A stretch of DNA of 63,112 nt, filler included, from Reticulomyxa filosa (taxonomy: Eukaryota; Protista; Foraminifera): the NCBI GenBank assembly GCA_000512085.1. It is 23 parts of 23 records of this genome, joined end to end, with 100 filler letters (N's around TTAATTAATTAA, not from the genome) between each part and the next. Parts side by side here need not be neighbours in the genome. Positions count along the whole stretch, not along the records: positions 50,638 to 52,148 come from ASPP01044096.1; positions 52,249 to 55,682 come from ASPP01029000.1; positions 55,783 to 58,602 come from ASPP01012505.1; positions 58,703 to 59,941 come from ASPP01021141.1; positions 60,042 to 61,945 come from ASPP01004047.1; positions 62,046 to 63,112 come from ASPP01006750.1; 17 more parts are not named here. One strand, given 5' to 3'. The position numbers were made by a program, and so were the translations under genes. Each line of letters opens with the position of its first letter. Position 1 is the stretch's first letter. Shown in pieces: positions 51,536-63,112 of this stretch. The notes below the pieces were generated by a model. That model saw nothing but the letters and a program-made list of their open reading frames with translations, did not search any database and was not told the DNA's origin.

Positions 51536-52148
51536 TCAATTCAACACATTGCAATCCTTTGTATCTTTTCCAATCTTATGAATATCTGCTGCACCATTCC
51601 AAAATGCCGATGCATACTCAAGACTCGGACGAATGATTGTCTTATATAATAGATTATACGTGGATAAACTTGGCCTGATACCCTTACATAAGTATGTAAA
51701 TATCCAAGTTTCCTGCTTGGAATAAGTCATGTTAAAATCAAGAAACAATCCAAGATACTTTACATGATCACATTCCTTCAAGTTTGAATGCAATGTCAAT
51801 TGCATCTTTGCTCTTATTTTGATGTAATGCATTGCGTCTTATCAGCTGCAAGTAACATCTTGATGGCGTGACACTTTGGATATCGATATTTACAGATAAC
51901 ATTGGTGAAATGAATGATCAATTACAATTATTGCAGCAAAGTCTGAAATATCTATTTGGTGCAAACATTCCTCAATCCATTTCTCCAAATACTATCATAC
52001 GCTGCAGATATTCCAATAACACAGCATAAGTTACTGAATTGCAACTGAATGGCTTGTGGATCGTCTCAATCGGCCTATGATTCTTACACTGACTATGATC
52101 TCTGTCAGGCTTGTGAATATTCATAATGTTTGCCTTCTTCCATGCAAT
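51536..52148 (-). mobile_element. LINE reverse transcriptase fragment, decayed and internally deleted
   Basis: WKKANIMNIHKPDRDH..CKNHRPI; ISAAYDSIW; VKYLGLFLD; LYKTIIRPSLEYASAFW. Confidence 0.88.
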
Positions 52149-54409
52149 NNNNNNNNNNNNNNNNNNNNNNNNNNNNNNNNNNNNNNNNNNNNTTAATTAA
52201 TTAANNNNNNNNNNNNNNNNNNNNNNNNNNNNNNNNNNNNNNNNNNNNCTTTTTCAGTATAAAAAACTGTTGTTATCATCGTCAAGTAAAATTGGTAGTA
52301 AATGATTGGGTTCATTGATTTGAATACAGTTGAGAGAAGATTGAAGTTAAAATAGCATTGCTTATTTTTGTGTTTCTTTCTAAACAATTTGAATTAATGT
52401 ATTGCTTTTACAAGGACTAGAATGCGCTAAGTCCACAACCAGTGCAAATGACGGAACCTCGAACGAAGAAAAAGAAAAAGGCACGTATAAAAATGTTGAA
52501 GCGAGTATTACCGTTCCTGATGAGCAAATCTAACATCGAATGAACGCAAGCAAAAATGCAGAAGAAATAATTTCCGCGAAAAAGATTATTTTGCAAGAAT
52601 AGCATCATTGGACAAGGTGAAATGAATTAACAATCAAAAAGGGGAATCAGACAACTCGTTGGATATCAAAAGACTTTGAAAATATGCATATTGAATTATT
52701 GACTCTAATAAATATCAAAACAGAAACTAGCTCCAATCTTTTTTGAAGAAATATTGTCAATGAAACAGAAACATTTGGCAAGCTCCGCGTTACAATAAAA
52801 GATCATGCACAGGCAACACTATTTTGACAGTAGCATAAATCATTACAAGAAAGATTGTATTTCCAGTATCAAGTAAAAAAAGCAATGTCCAATTATTTAT
52901 ATCAACTGTAAATAGTGGACAATGCTTTACATCAATTGCTGGTTAATGCTAATATTCATTTTTTTCAGAGTATTGTAATTTGATGTTAAGTAATATGCGT
53001 TATATATACTTTATTTCTTTTTTCCTTTATACTATGCCAATATCACATTGATTAATACAAAATAAAATAGCCGAAGAAATGCATTAGCACAAGATTATTG
53101 CTGATATAAGTAGAACAATATGCAAATATGGGCACAAATGATGCAAAACATTTTCATTGCTATGATCCTATCGTACATATTTCATCTTTAAGTCGATTCT
53201 GAAACGGAATAACCAAATGACAAATAAAGAGCGTGAAAAATTGATTAAACTTTAGGATATGAGGATCAGATTACGTGAAGTGATGACGAGAACATATCTC
53301 CAAAAGAATGGCTCGATATTTTAATATAACAGAATATTGGTTGCACTTGTTTCAATATGTGAGTTGCAATTGCAAGAATATGAAGATTAATGAAGTGATT
53401 GACACCAAAATATTTTCTTATAGATGATTCCATAATGAAGTAAGATTGCATGACTCTAAAAGAGCTGGAACAAGTTACAAATTAAAGAACAATAACACAC
53501 AATATACGTTTATAAAAAAGATGAATTGATGGAAATTGAAATAAGTGAATGTATTTTAAACATTCAACATGCATGATAATTGCAAAAGAAAAGATGGAAA
53601 GCAGCAGAATACAAGTTTCCTCATCGAAAAGAGGATATCACAGCAAATTTGACCAAAAAAAGACGATTGCTATTGTTTAACATTTCGAGTATTTTATTAT
53701 TTGAAATATGTATTGGATTAAAATAAGAAGAGGCAAGTCAGATGCAATTAACAAGAATACAGCATTCAAACAAGTATATGAACTCAAAAATTTCTTGAGA
53801 AAAAATGCAGACATTGCCTTGTTCTTTTCTTATTATTATTTTTCCTTTATCTATTACAATAACATAAATTAATATTTACTGGTCCTTTGTTTGGTCAATA
53901 ATTTTGACTCCTAATTTTTTTCTTCTTTCTATTCAATTGTAGGAGCTCAAATTGACAGTTGTAATGTATGGATTGTGATACAAATTGTGGCTGTGCGATT
54001 TTTCACATATTGTTTGTTAACACTCAATCTTATCGAAAATACACAAAAATCGCTTTTTGACATGCTGCTCTTTATTTTCAGTGATGAAACTGTTTTGATT
54101 GTTAATTCGATCCAATTTCTTTCGATGATAGAAATAGTTTGGAGTATTTATTTTGTTCCTCTTTCTTTGTATGTAGTTTAGTTTTAGTGTGAGATTAACA
54201 GGGGAAAAAAATGACATTATTGATTCTTGTTTATTTTGATGCGATTATATATTGATGTAAAGAAATTGTGATAAAATATTGAATTATCTTTTTATGGTTT
54301 GCATACTTGCATATTTAAAGTGGAATTTAAACAAAAAATACACAAAAAAGTTAGTGTTTCAATATAAAAGAAAATGTACAATATCAAGAAAGAGAAGATA
54401 ATGAAGGAA

Positions 54410-55082
54410 TCACTTGGCATTGGAACACACGTGTATCAAAATAATATTGAATCCATTCATGATCAATCTCTTTAACACTATGAATAAATTTGGGAAACTC
54501 TGATTGATAAAACTGATGGAATTGGATTCGTTCATTAAGGTATAATTGAAAATAGGCTTGGTTGATTCGTCACGACGATAAAATGATTCATTTTGAATGC
54601 CATAAATCTTTGCTTTTGCAACAAGAGCTTGCTTCACTGCCATTCTATTATACAACTCATCGAATTCAACATTCAATTGCTTTGAGAAGGTGTTTATCAA
54701 CTCTGCATGATTGAGAGTTTCAATTGATGATAGTATACGTTCATTTGATTTATTTCCATTTTTGTTATATTTTCTTTGATGATTGCATTGTAATTTTTTT
54801 TTAAACATAAAACTCTTGTATTCTTGATCTCTAAACCATTCATAAATCATACTACCCAAACAAATTCGATATCCAATATTGTAACTTCTCATATAACAAT
54901 TCTGTGCATCCTTTTGAATTGGACGATATGGTCAATCTTTCACAGTTGATGATACATTTCCCTCACAAGGAAGACTATTATCACTGCAATATAAATGTTT
55001 TGTACTATCATTGTTATCACTATCTTTCAATATTCTTGCTTTTCTAATGTGTTTCTTCAGTTATTCTTGTTTTTATCAATAT
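54410..55082 (-). pseudogene. Decayed member of the same dispersed family as 10823-11112
   Basis: Same motif block, with an in-frame stop and a frameshift. Confidence 0.7.
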
Positions 55083-55782
55083 TTAAACCATTTGATTTGA
55101 AATAAGCAACCAAATAAGGTTGAATTAATGCACCATTCTTTGAATGAGGGTATTGGATGGAATTGTGTTCATCCATCGATTATCTACTCGCACCAAAAAA
55201 GAATCCAATATTTTACACAAACTCAAATAAACATAATAACCTTCATGATTGACCATCAAACTCATTTCGCAACATGATTTTGATAATATTGTCTTCAAAT
55301 TCATCAATCAAATATTAAATAATAATATCTAATTGTTTATCATTCCATTTGTTTGAAAGTGTCATAAGTAATTTTACATATGACTTCTGAAACTCGATCA
55401 ATCAAATATTTAAAGTCCTTCTTTCAATTTCATTAGAAATTGAGTTACATTATAATATAAAAATATGAAGGGACCTATGAATGAAATATTGGAATGCATA
55501 ATCCAACTGTCTTCCTTCCAATTGTAATGAAATCGTTGCAAGTGAGTATGCACATTAATTACAAATTGCAATTTTTCTCTCAAAGACACCAAAAATTCAA
55601 ACACTTATTCAATTATCTCTTATTCAAGAGCAATGCCATTTCTGCAATTGAAAAGTACATCTTTCAAGAATATATCCATATTNNNNNNNNNNNNNNNNNN
55701 NNNNNNNNNNNNNNNNNNNNNNNNNNTTAATTAATTAANNNNNNNNNNNNNNNNNNNNNNNNNNNNNNNNNNNNNNNNNNNN

Positions 55783-55822
<40 letters not shown>

Positions 55823-55860
55823 GGGAGGAAAGAGCAAAAAACTTTCGCTGCATAACATAC

Positions 55861-56318
55861 CGGCTAACACCACCACTGTGGTCGTTCCATCACCTACTTC
55901 GTTGTCTTGGGTTTTTGAAATGTCCACCAATACTTTAGCTGCTGCATTATCCACTGGGATTTTTTTCAAAATTGTGGCGCCGTCGTTTGTGACAGTGACT
56001 TCTCCAGGCCCTCTTGGATCAGACCCACCACTTGTCAACATTTTGTCCATTCCTTTTGGTCCCAACGTAGTTTTAACCAGGTCAGACACGGCAATTGCAC
56101 CGATGAATGAGCTCTAACAAAAAAATAAAAACAAACCAAAAAAATAAAAACAATAAGTCGCAAATAGATTCAATGTCATGCCCGCTCACGACCTATGTGT
56201 TTTATGTGCTCAAAGAAAAGTGGTTTACCAGTCTGGCAAATTCTCCTTTTGCAATTTCTGCTCCTTTTTCCTCTTTAAATATTCGAGGAGCTCCTCTTGG
56301 ACCTCTTGACGTTATCAT
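55861..56318 (-). CDS. CCT2: T-complex protein 1 subunit beta, first two exons
   Basis: Exons 56318-56229 and 56113-55861. ARL|[24 protein letters not shown]...[23 protein letters not shown]...EVGDGTT. Confidence 0.95.
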
Positions 56319-56984
56319 CGGTTCAACTTCGATGAAGACCACTTATTTAATAGTTGGGGAAAAAAGTTTTAAATTTCAGGGCAGTGCAAACGCACGAGTA
56401 ACAGCTTTTCGCAAGTCCAAACTTCTGCGTATTCAACGTTTGCACTCTGTCCTTTGGGTTTTTTACTCTCCTGCTAATTTATAACATCACTTTCCAATTT
56501 TAACTACAATTTCTACTTTTAACATTGCATGCAGCAGTGAGGTATGTTCTACTTACGTATTCTTTTTTTTAATGAATGAGCACTGATCAAGAATAAAATG
56601 CATAGGTCAGTTAGGCTAGCTTTTACTATAAAATGATGGAGTTAAGATGTACATAAAACTCAGGTCCTTATTTACTTAAACAGGTAAGAAACAAATATTT
56701 AACCGAAATATATGATCAAATGAGAAAATTTAAAATAACACAAATGATCAAAAATAATAAATAAATGGCTGAATTTCTCTGACACAAAGAACACTCAATT
56801 GGAAAATGTTTGCTAATTTCCATGACGTTTTGTTTTATTTTTGATGATAACTGTAAGTGTAATTGAGTAAGTATTATCAAACGTGTTGCTCTGGATCTTT
56901 TCTTAAATCAAGGATTGTGTTACTTTGGAACAACTAGATCCTGAGTTTTTTCCAACAGTCAATAAAAAAAATCATCTTGGAAAA

Positions 56985-57350
56985 ATGGTGACATTCACAA
57001 ATGTTAAAGCAGAAGCAGTTAAACGCATACCCACGCAATACAACCATCCTTGGGTATTTGATCGCAACGGTATGTCCAATCCGTATTTGCGACCAGACCG
57101 AAGAGTGCGACCTTTTCATGTGAAATGGTGGTATCACGGATATTACCCAGTTTATGGCCGTGTAATTCAAAGATTGGCTGCCAACGAATTGTATGTTGCT
57201 CGTCCATTCTTGTACGATTTCCATCACAAGGCGTTACATAACCTTGGAAAATACGGACCAGTGGTCATAGCGTTGCCAACTTTTTATTATTTCTGGACTG
57301 GTTTGGCTCACAAAATGACAATTGATGCCCAAAGATCTCTAAGATTTTAA
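56985..57350 (+). CDS. Probable cytochrome bc1 complex subunit 8 (QCR8-like) with N-terminal extension
   Basis: 121 aa, basic and aromatic, one TM. The C-terminal half (IQRLAANE...FLYDFHHKALHNL...TM...QRSLRF) parallels the plant-type QCR8 layout. Judged by eye. Confidence 0.5.
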   Translation: MVTFTNVKAEAVKRIPTQYNHPWVFDRNGMSNPYLRPDRRVRPFHVKWWYHGYYPVYGRVIQRLAANELYVARPFLYDFHHKALHNLGKYGPVVIALPTFYYFWTGLAHKMTIDAQRSLRF

Positions 57351-57801
57351 ATCAACAAGCCTTTTTTGCTTGCTTCTATTCCCTCATTTCTTTCGTTCAC
57401 CCGAGACAAGTAGTGTTGAGGTACACATTATCTCTGAAATTTCTCTTTGCTGTTCGCTTGAACGTTGTGATTTTTTTTTAACAATTTTTCTCCCCCCCTA
57501 ACTATTGGGGTTTTTTTTGTCTCAATTAAAGCGCTATTGATTGAACAAAAAATGTGAGGGCAATTTTTGTGTGGTTCCGTGAGCTTATTTTCTGCAACTG
57601 CAATATCATTGCACAAGCGCATGAGCTGTAAAATGACACTCTTGTTTGATCAACTGTTGTGTCATTATTATTTCTCCCTCCTCCTACTTTGACAAGTTCC
57701 TGCATGAAGAAATATTGTTTTGCAACATCAACTTTTTTTTTTTAAAAAAAAATAGAAAAAGGGGTAGTTTAAAAAAAAAAAACAAATCGATTGAAATTGA
57801 T

Positions 57802-58557
57802 ATGGGTTGTTGTACTTCAAATCCTCCAAATGATGATCCAACAAGAGATAGCGATCCATCTCAAGTAATAGTTGTGACCACAGCAAGTGGTTTAACGGAC
57901 GCACCTGCAGAAAACACTTGGAAAGAGGCATTACCACAAACAGCCCCAGCAACAAGCACAAATGCAATGGGAAAGGAATTAGCACCAGGAGCAGGAGAAT
58001 CGGCAGCGGAATCAGAAAAAGAAAGTAATGGGACAGCGACAAAGGGTAAGCATGAGAAGACCCAATCGAACAAAGGGGAGGGGAACATGAATGGACCTCC
58101 GACGGGGAATGGAGGAAACACGAATGAGCATATCAACCAGCATCTGATGTTGAACAACAACGAACTGAACAAAAGTAACAAAAGTGAGAAAACGACGAAT
58201 AACCAAGGGAGCGACGGAGAGAACAACATGGTGACAGAGAGCAGTTACACTATCGAGTTGACATTGCACCAAGACTCAAAGACACAAACGCAGACGCAAA
58301 CACAGACGCAAACCCAAACGCACATTGACAACCCAAATCGAAATAGTAACCCCGAGCCCAATCACACGTCCGCCATCGTCCAACCCAAAATCAAGTGCAA
58401 TATGGATCTGCTCAGAGTCATTGAGTTTGATTTTAATGAGCACTACCACGACATTTTGAGGTTGTCTAATCAATGCTTGCATCTGTCGTCGGACGTCTTA
58501 TCTCCTATCATTTTTCATTGTTTCAAGTATAAATGCTGCGTGGCTGTGATTTATTCA

Positions 58558-58558
<1 letters not shown>
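57802..58558 (+). CDS. N-myristoylated/palmitoylated (MGCC) protein, first exon
   Basis: Starts MGCCTS; long disordered region with a (TQ)n tract, then a globular segment; donor G|GTTTAT. Confidence 0.7.
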
Positions 58559-58602
<44 letters not shown>

Positions 58603-58702
58603 NNNNNNNNNNNNNNNNNNNNNNNNNNNNNNNNNNNNNNNNNNNNTTAATTAATTAANNNNNNNNNNNNNNNNNNNNNNNNNNNNNNNNNNNNNNNNNN
58701 NN

Positions 58703-59042
58703 TCTTCTTTTTATTGCCAATCTGCATCGCCCTTTATACATAACCCTAACGATCTTCGAATGACCAAACATCTAAAAGTTGGAGTTGGAGACATTGCTGT
58801 ACGAGTTTAGAGAATTGATGTCGTGTTTTCAGGACATTTCCATGTCTATCAGCGAACATGCACGGTGTATCACTCATATCATGATCGGTACCGTTATCAA
58901 GATTTTTGATGATCAAAGTTTCTTACCAATGCAATCGAACGAGTTCAATGACATACAGTTTGGATATATCAAGATCTTACTCTTTCAATTTATTCGAAAC
59001 TCGGACAGAGCTGTTGTTGACTCTGTTCAAAAAAGTTTAGAG
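58703..59042 (+). CDS. Internal exon of a hypothetical protein
   Basis: Open frame from the contig start to a GTACGT donor. Confidence 0.4.
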
Positions 59043-60905
59043 TACGTACTGAAAGCTTTTTTCATGTATACTTTGTACAATAAATTTAAAAAAAATGTTT
59101 TCTTTTTAATTAAAAACTTTGATGTTGGTTAATCTTCTTTCGAGAATATTTTTTTTTTTATCAAAATATTCAACTACAATGCTAGACTTTTTCGATGCGG
59201 TGGTCTTTTTTTTTCCTCCTCTGCTCAGTGATCTTTTTATCTTTTTTTTTGTAAATATAATTTAAAAGGTAAAAATTAATGTTGTGTTATTCCCTCCTCC
59301 ATCCAATTTTTTGTGATGGAAAATGTGAGTGAGTCCAAAAACGGAGTCTGAAAATGACAACGCACGATTGCAGACGCAGATACAAACGCAGTTGGAACTA
59401 CATACAAAGGGAAATCCCAATGTCAATGAAGAGGTTGCACCGACCATGAAAGTGGCTCCATCCAAAAAAAGTACAACTCCAAAACCAGAAATAAGAAAAT
59501 ATGATCAACCTTTGTCATTGAGTCAGAGCCATGGCTTTGTCCATCAAATGGACTCCTTATCTGCCAATACTTTGGAAAGAGTTTTGACATACATATGTAA
59601 TGGAAGCAAATGCAGTATTGCTAGGATTGCCAATAAATAGTGAAGAGCCTTTGGTGATATATCAACACCATCAGCGTTCAATTTTTGGAAACATTTGTTA
59701 TCTATAAATATGAATTTCATTTTTAAATATATATACTACGGACAAAACGAACAGCTGTTTTAAAAAAGTTCTTTTTTTGGTGTGGTATTGTTTTTTTCCC
59801 TCCCCTCTTTTAGGACCTTTTTCATCTTTTCTTTTTGAATTTTCCAAAGCAATTTAAAATCGAAAATGTCTGCAAAAGCTCAAAAAACTGCAAGCCGTAG
59901 CGATACCAAATCATCAAAATCCGGAGGTACTGATACAAAATNNNNNNNNNNNNNNNNNNNNNNNNNNNNNNNNNNNNNNNNNNNNTTAATTAATTAANNN
60001 NNNNNNNNNNNNNNNNNNNNNNNNNNNNNNNNNNNNNNNNNGGGGGGGGGAGGAAAAATGGAGTCACTTTTTTGTTTTGTTTGTTTGTGTATTTCCAATA
60101 TGTGTATATGTATATATATATATTTTTGCATTTGCACACAGTTACCAGTTTCTGTGCTCGCTACGATCTTCATTTTCGTTGTATCTATAATCACGATTAC
60201 TAGTTGTCATCAAAATTTACAATGGAAGTACAAATATATGTTGATGGTGTGCGTTTCTGCTTTTTCTCTTGTCGATGTTTGGCTTCTTCATTTTCGGTGT
60301 GTCCGTTGTTGTGTTGCCGTTTCTCAAAAAAAAGAGCCTTTAATACAATTATCTTCAAGCAATTAAATCTTTGCATGCATTTTTACATCTCCCAACATGC
60401 TATATTGCTTATACAAATTATATGATTAGATCTGCTTAGTAATAAAAACTTTGCATAATATTTATATATACTGGGGAATGTATCGATTTTAGCACATGCT
60501 AGCTCTTGTGAATAAGGCTCCCAAAACAAAAAAAGAAAAAGTCAATCTCGAGACGTTGTACCTTTTTTTTTAACAAAAATTCTTTCAAAAACTATCGCAT
60601 AAACTAAAATATCTGAACCTGTTGAAAAAGTAGTCGACTTGGTGCAAGGAGTATTTGAGCTAATAAAAACAAGGAGACAATAAGTCATGCGTTAGAGGTG
60701 TAACAGGGTCTGGAAAGATGTTATCGATTTAAAAATAATTTTTTTTTTTGATGACATCCCAAGCAACCTTTTTATCTCTGAATCGTCACATTTCTTAAAG
60801 AGACACTGAAATATTTTAACGGGAAAAAAACAAGTTGGATGAGAAGGTAAACAAAGCAAAGTAATGATATCATTTAGGGTACTTTTTCACACAATGGAAA
60901 TGGTA

Positions 60906-61945
60906 TTAATTCTGAGTTTTCCCTCCGTTACTATTTGCGTCAGTGGTCGTGTTTGTATTGCCTTTGATGGTGGCACTAGCATTATTTGTTACTGTTTCCG
61001 CTGCTTGCACTTGTGTCTGCGCTTGAGTCAGAGTTTGAGTTTGAGTTTGTGTCTGCAGTTGTGAGATGTTTGTAAGTTGTGATGGAACATATGCATTGTA
61101 CTGAGAATATGGAGCCATTGAAATCGGTCTAGCGAAAGGAGGAATAGAGCCAGTCAATTGAAGTTGTTGTTGTTGTGCTTGTAATTGTTGTTGTTGTGCT
61201 TGCAATTGTTGTTGTTGTTGTTGTTGCTGTTGCTGTAGTTGTTGTTGGGATTGCATTTCACGCCATACCCATTGAAGTAACCACATAAGAGCAAATGCAT
61301 AAAAGCATACAGCTACAAGGCTGGGTCTATCGTGATCTGAACGATTAACCATACAAAGCAATGTTTAATTGAACAAACACATACATACTATATATACATA
61401 TATATATATATATATATACACATAAATGTATATGTATATATATGTACATATATATACAGAAATTTCTTGACTTGGTGTGGTAGCACTTTTTTTGGAAGAG
61501 CTAAATAGTTCTTCTAATTGCTCTTCGACAGGCTGTCTTTGGCGTGTGATCCAATATAATAAGTTGCGCAGTTTTCTCCACAGATATTTGAAAAAGCGCA
61601 GGAGATAGATACCACTTAAAAAGCCCCCAAACTCTTGAGCGATCATCGCCAGGCCCCCTGTCAGCTGCATCACTGAGCTGAATGTCATATGCAACGCCTG
61701 TGTGATGTTTTGAGTGTCGTCATCGCCATTGTCATCATCATTTGACCAGTTTGTTATGTGTGTGTGTACATATAGTGTGTGTATTCTTTATGTGTCACCA
61801 AAAAAAAAAAAAAAAAAAAAAAGGGGACACCTATGCACGAAACTTGACTTGCCATCTGCAGCAACGAAGAAAATCGGCCAACATTGTCAACGCTGTTCTG
61901 CATAAAGTTCATCCCCAAATTTGGATTTCCCATCACTGGATACAC
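60906..61945 (-). CDS. PEX13: Probable peroxin PEX13 (N-terminal Y/G-rich part missing), 3 visible exons
   Basis: MQNSVDNVGRFSSLLQMASQ|ALHMTFSSVMQL...FLSGIYLLRFFKYLWRKL, then a TM segment, matching the Peroxin-13 amphipathic helix pattern. Confidence 0.65.
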
Positions 61946-62045
61946 NNNNNNNNNNNNNNNNNNNNNNNNNNNNNNNNNNNNNNNNNNNNTTAATTAATTA
62001 ANNNNNNNNNNNNNNNNNNNNNNNNNNNNNNNNNNNNNNNNNNNN

Positions 62046-62566
62046 TGCGGGTGTATTCACCGACCCTTGGCAACGCAAATGCGCCGGTAGTACTAGTAGA
62101 ATTTTTTGATCCAGCCTGCGAAACCTGCCGGGCGTTTTATCCACTGGTCAAGGAGATGATGGCGGCCAACCCAGGCAAGATTCGCCTGGTTTTGCGCTAC
62201 GCTCCTTTCCATGCTGGTTCCGACCAGCTGGTGGCCGCATTGGAGGCAGCACGTCGACAAGGAAAATTCTGGGAAGCGTTAGAAGCGCTGCTGGCAGAGC
62301 AGGACAATGTTGCCCAGAACCATACTGTAGAAACAGATCGTATCTGGAAGTACTTGGATGGGCTCGGATTAGATCTGAACAAGTTGAAAGCCGATATGGC
62401 ATCGCCGGATATTGCCAATGTGATTGCTCAGGATCTAGCTGATGCACAAACCCTGAAGGTGAGCAAGACGCCAGAGTTCTACGTCAATGGCAAGCCTTTG
62501 CCAAGCTTTGGTTTTGAGCAGCTCAAGACACTGGTGGCAGAGGAGATTGACAAGAGCAAGCCCTGA
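62046..62566 (+). CDS. Bacterial DsbA-family (thioredoxin-fold) oxidoreductase, 5' truncated
   Basis: SPTLG...APVVLVEFFDPACETCRAF (CxxC); cis-Pro loop KTPEFYVNG; intronless with bacterial composition. Confidence 0.9.
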
Positions 62567-62828
62567 GCATGGCTTACTCCAGCCATAATAATCAGCAAGT
62601 CTAGTCGGTGAGAGGGTATCCGTCTGGATGTCGTCTGACTATACAAAGAAATTCAAGTCAGTGTTTTTAGCTTACCGAGCCCCATGAAATGGGGCTCGGT
62701 AATTTTATAACTGGCCAGCGGCTTATAAGACCGCTGGTACGCACAATATTACGTTGCTTTTTTACCAGCAATATTTTGTGCCTTGCGCAATGACTCTCCG
62801 GACAGTTGGATTTGATACGAGCCGTGGA

Positions 62829-63112
62829 TGAATCGCCCCACTTTCCTAGATACCTCGTGAGCCTCACACTAGGCCCTACAAGGAGGTGTCATGAGCAAGC
62901 CGCGTTTTCCTGAAGAGTTCAAGATTGAAGCTGTCAAGCAGGTAACCGAGCGTGGTTATCCGGTTGCCGAAGTCGCCAGTCGCCTCGGTGTGTCGGCGCA
63001 CAGCCTGTATCAATGGCTGAAGCGCTACGACCCCAAGCGTGCCATTCCTGCCGAATCCACCGAACAGCAAGCCGAAATACGGCGTCTCAAGGCTGAGCTG
63101 AAGCGGGTGACC
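62829..63112 (+). mobile_element. IS3-family insertion sequence, left end
   Basis: Left IR-like TGAATCGCCCC..., AGGAGG SD, followed by orfA. Confidence 0.85.
62891..63112 (+). CDS. IS3-family transposase OrfA, truncated by the window end
   Basis: MSKPRFPEEFKIEAVKQVTERGYPVAEVASRLGVSAHSLYQWLK (HTH) and EIRRLKAELKRVT (zipper). Confidence 0.92.
   Translation, partial: MSKPRFPEEFKIEAVKQVTERGYPVAEVASRLGVSAHSLYQWLKRYDPKRAIPAESTEQQAEIRRLKAELKRVT

Overview
This window is not one locus. It is 23 short contigs joined by an artificial 100-bp spacer (N44-TTAATTAATTAA-N44, stops in all six frames), so nothing can be inferred from adjacency across spacers. Twenty-one contigs come from an AT-rich, intron-rich microbial eukaryote with microsatellite- and homopolymer-filled introns and many decayed pseudogenes. 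The style suggests a foraminiferan such as Reticulomyxa, but that is inference only. Two contigs are bacterial: pqiB, and a DsbA-like gene next to an IS3 element. Recognisable eukaryotic genes: class I glutamine amidotransferase, a YccF-type membrane protein, RPA2, an ERGIC/Erv41-46-family protein, type II H+-PPase, PPCDC, MCEE, an EF-hand/Ras/transmembrane fusion, a coiled-coil protein with a MIEAP-like domain, ZUP1, CCT2, a probable QCR8 and a probable PEX13. Decayed LINE retrotransposons are also present. Two signals stand out as unexplained. (1) A multi-copy element on three contigs whose head has position-conserved GT-AG introns and near-invariant GC-rich hairpin islands, followed by a purine tract and shuffled gene fragments. 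(2) A ~430-nt deeply nested, strand-asymmetric structured RNA candidate at 19128-19562. All calls were made by eye; no searches or folding programs were run.
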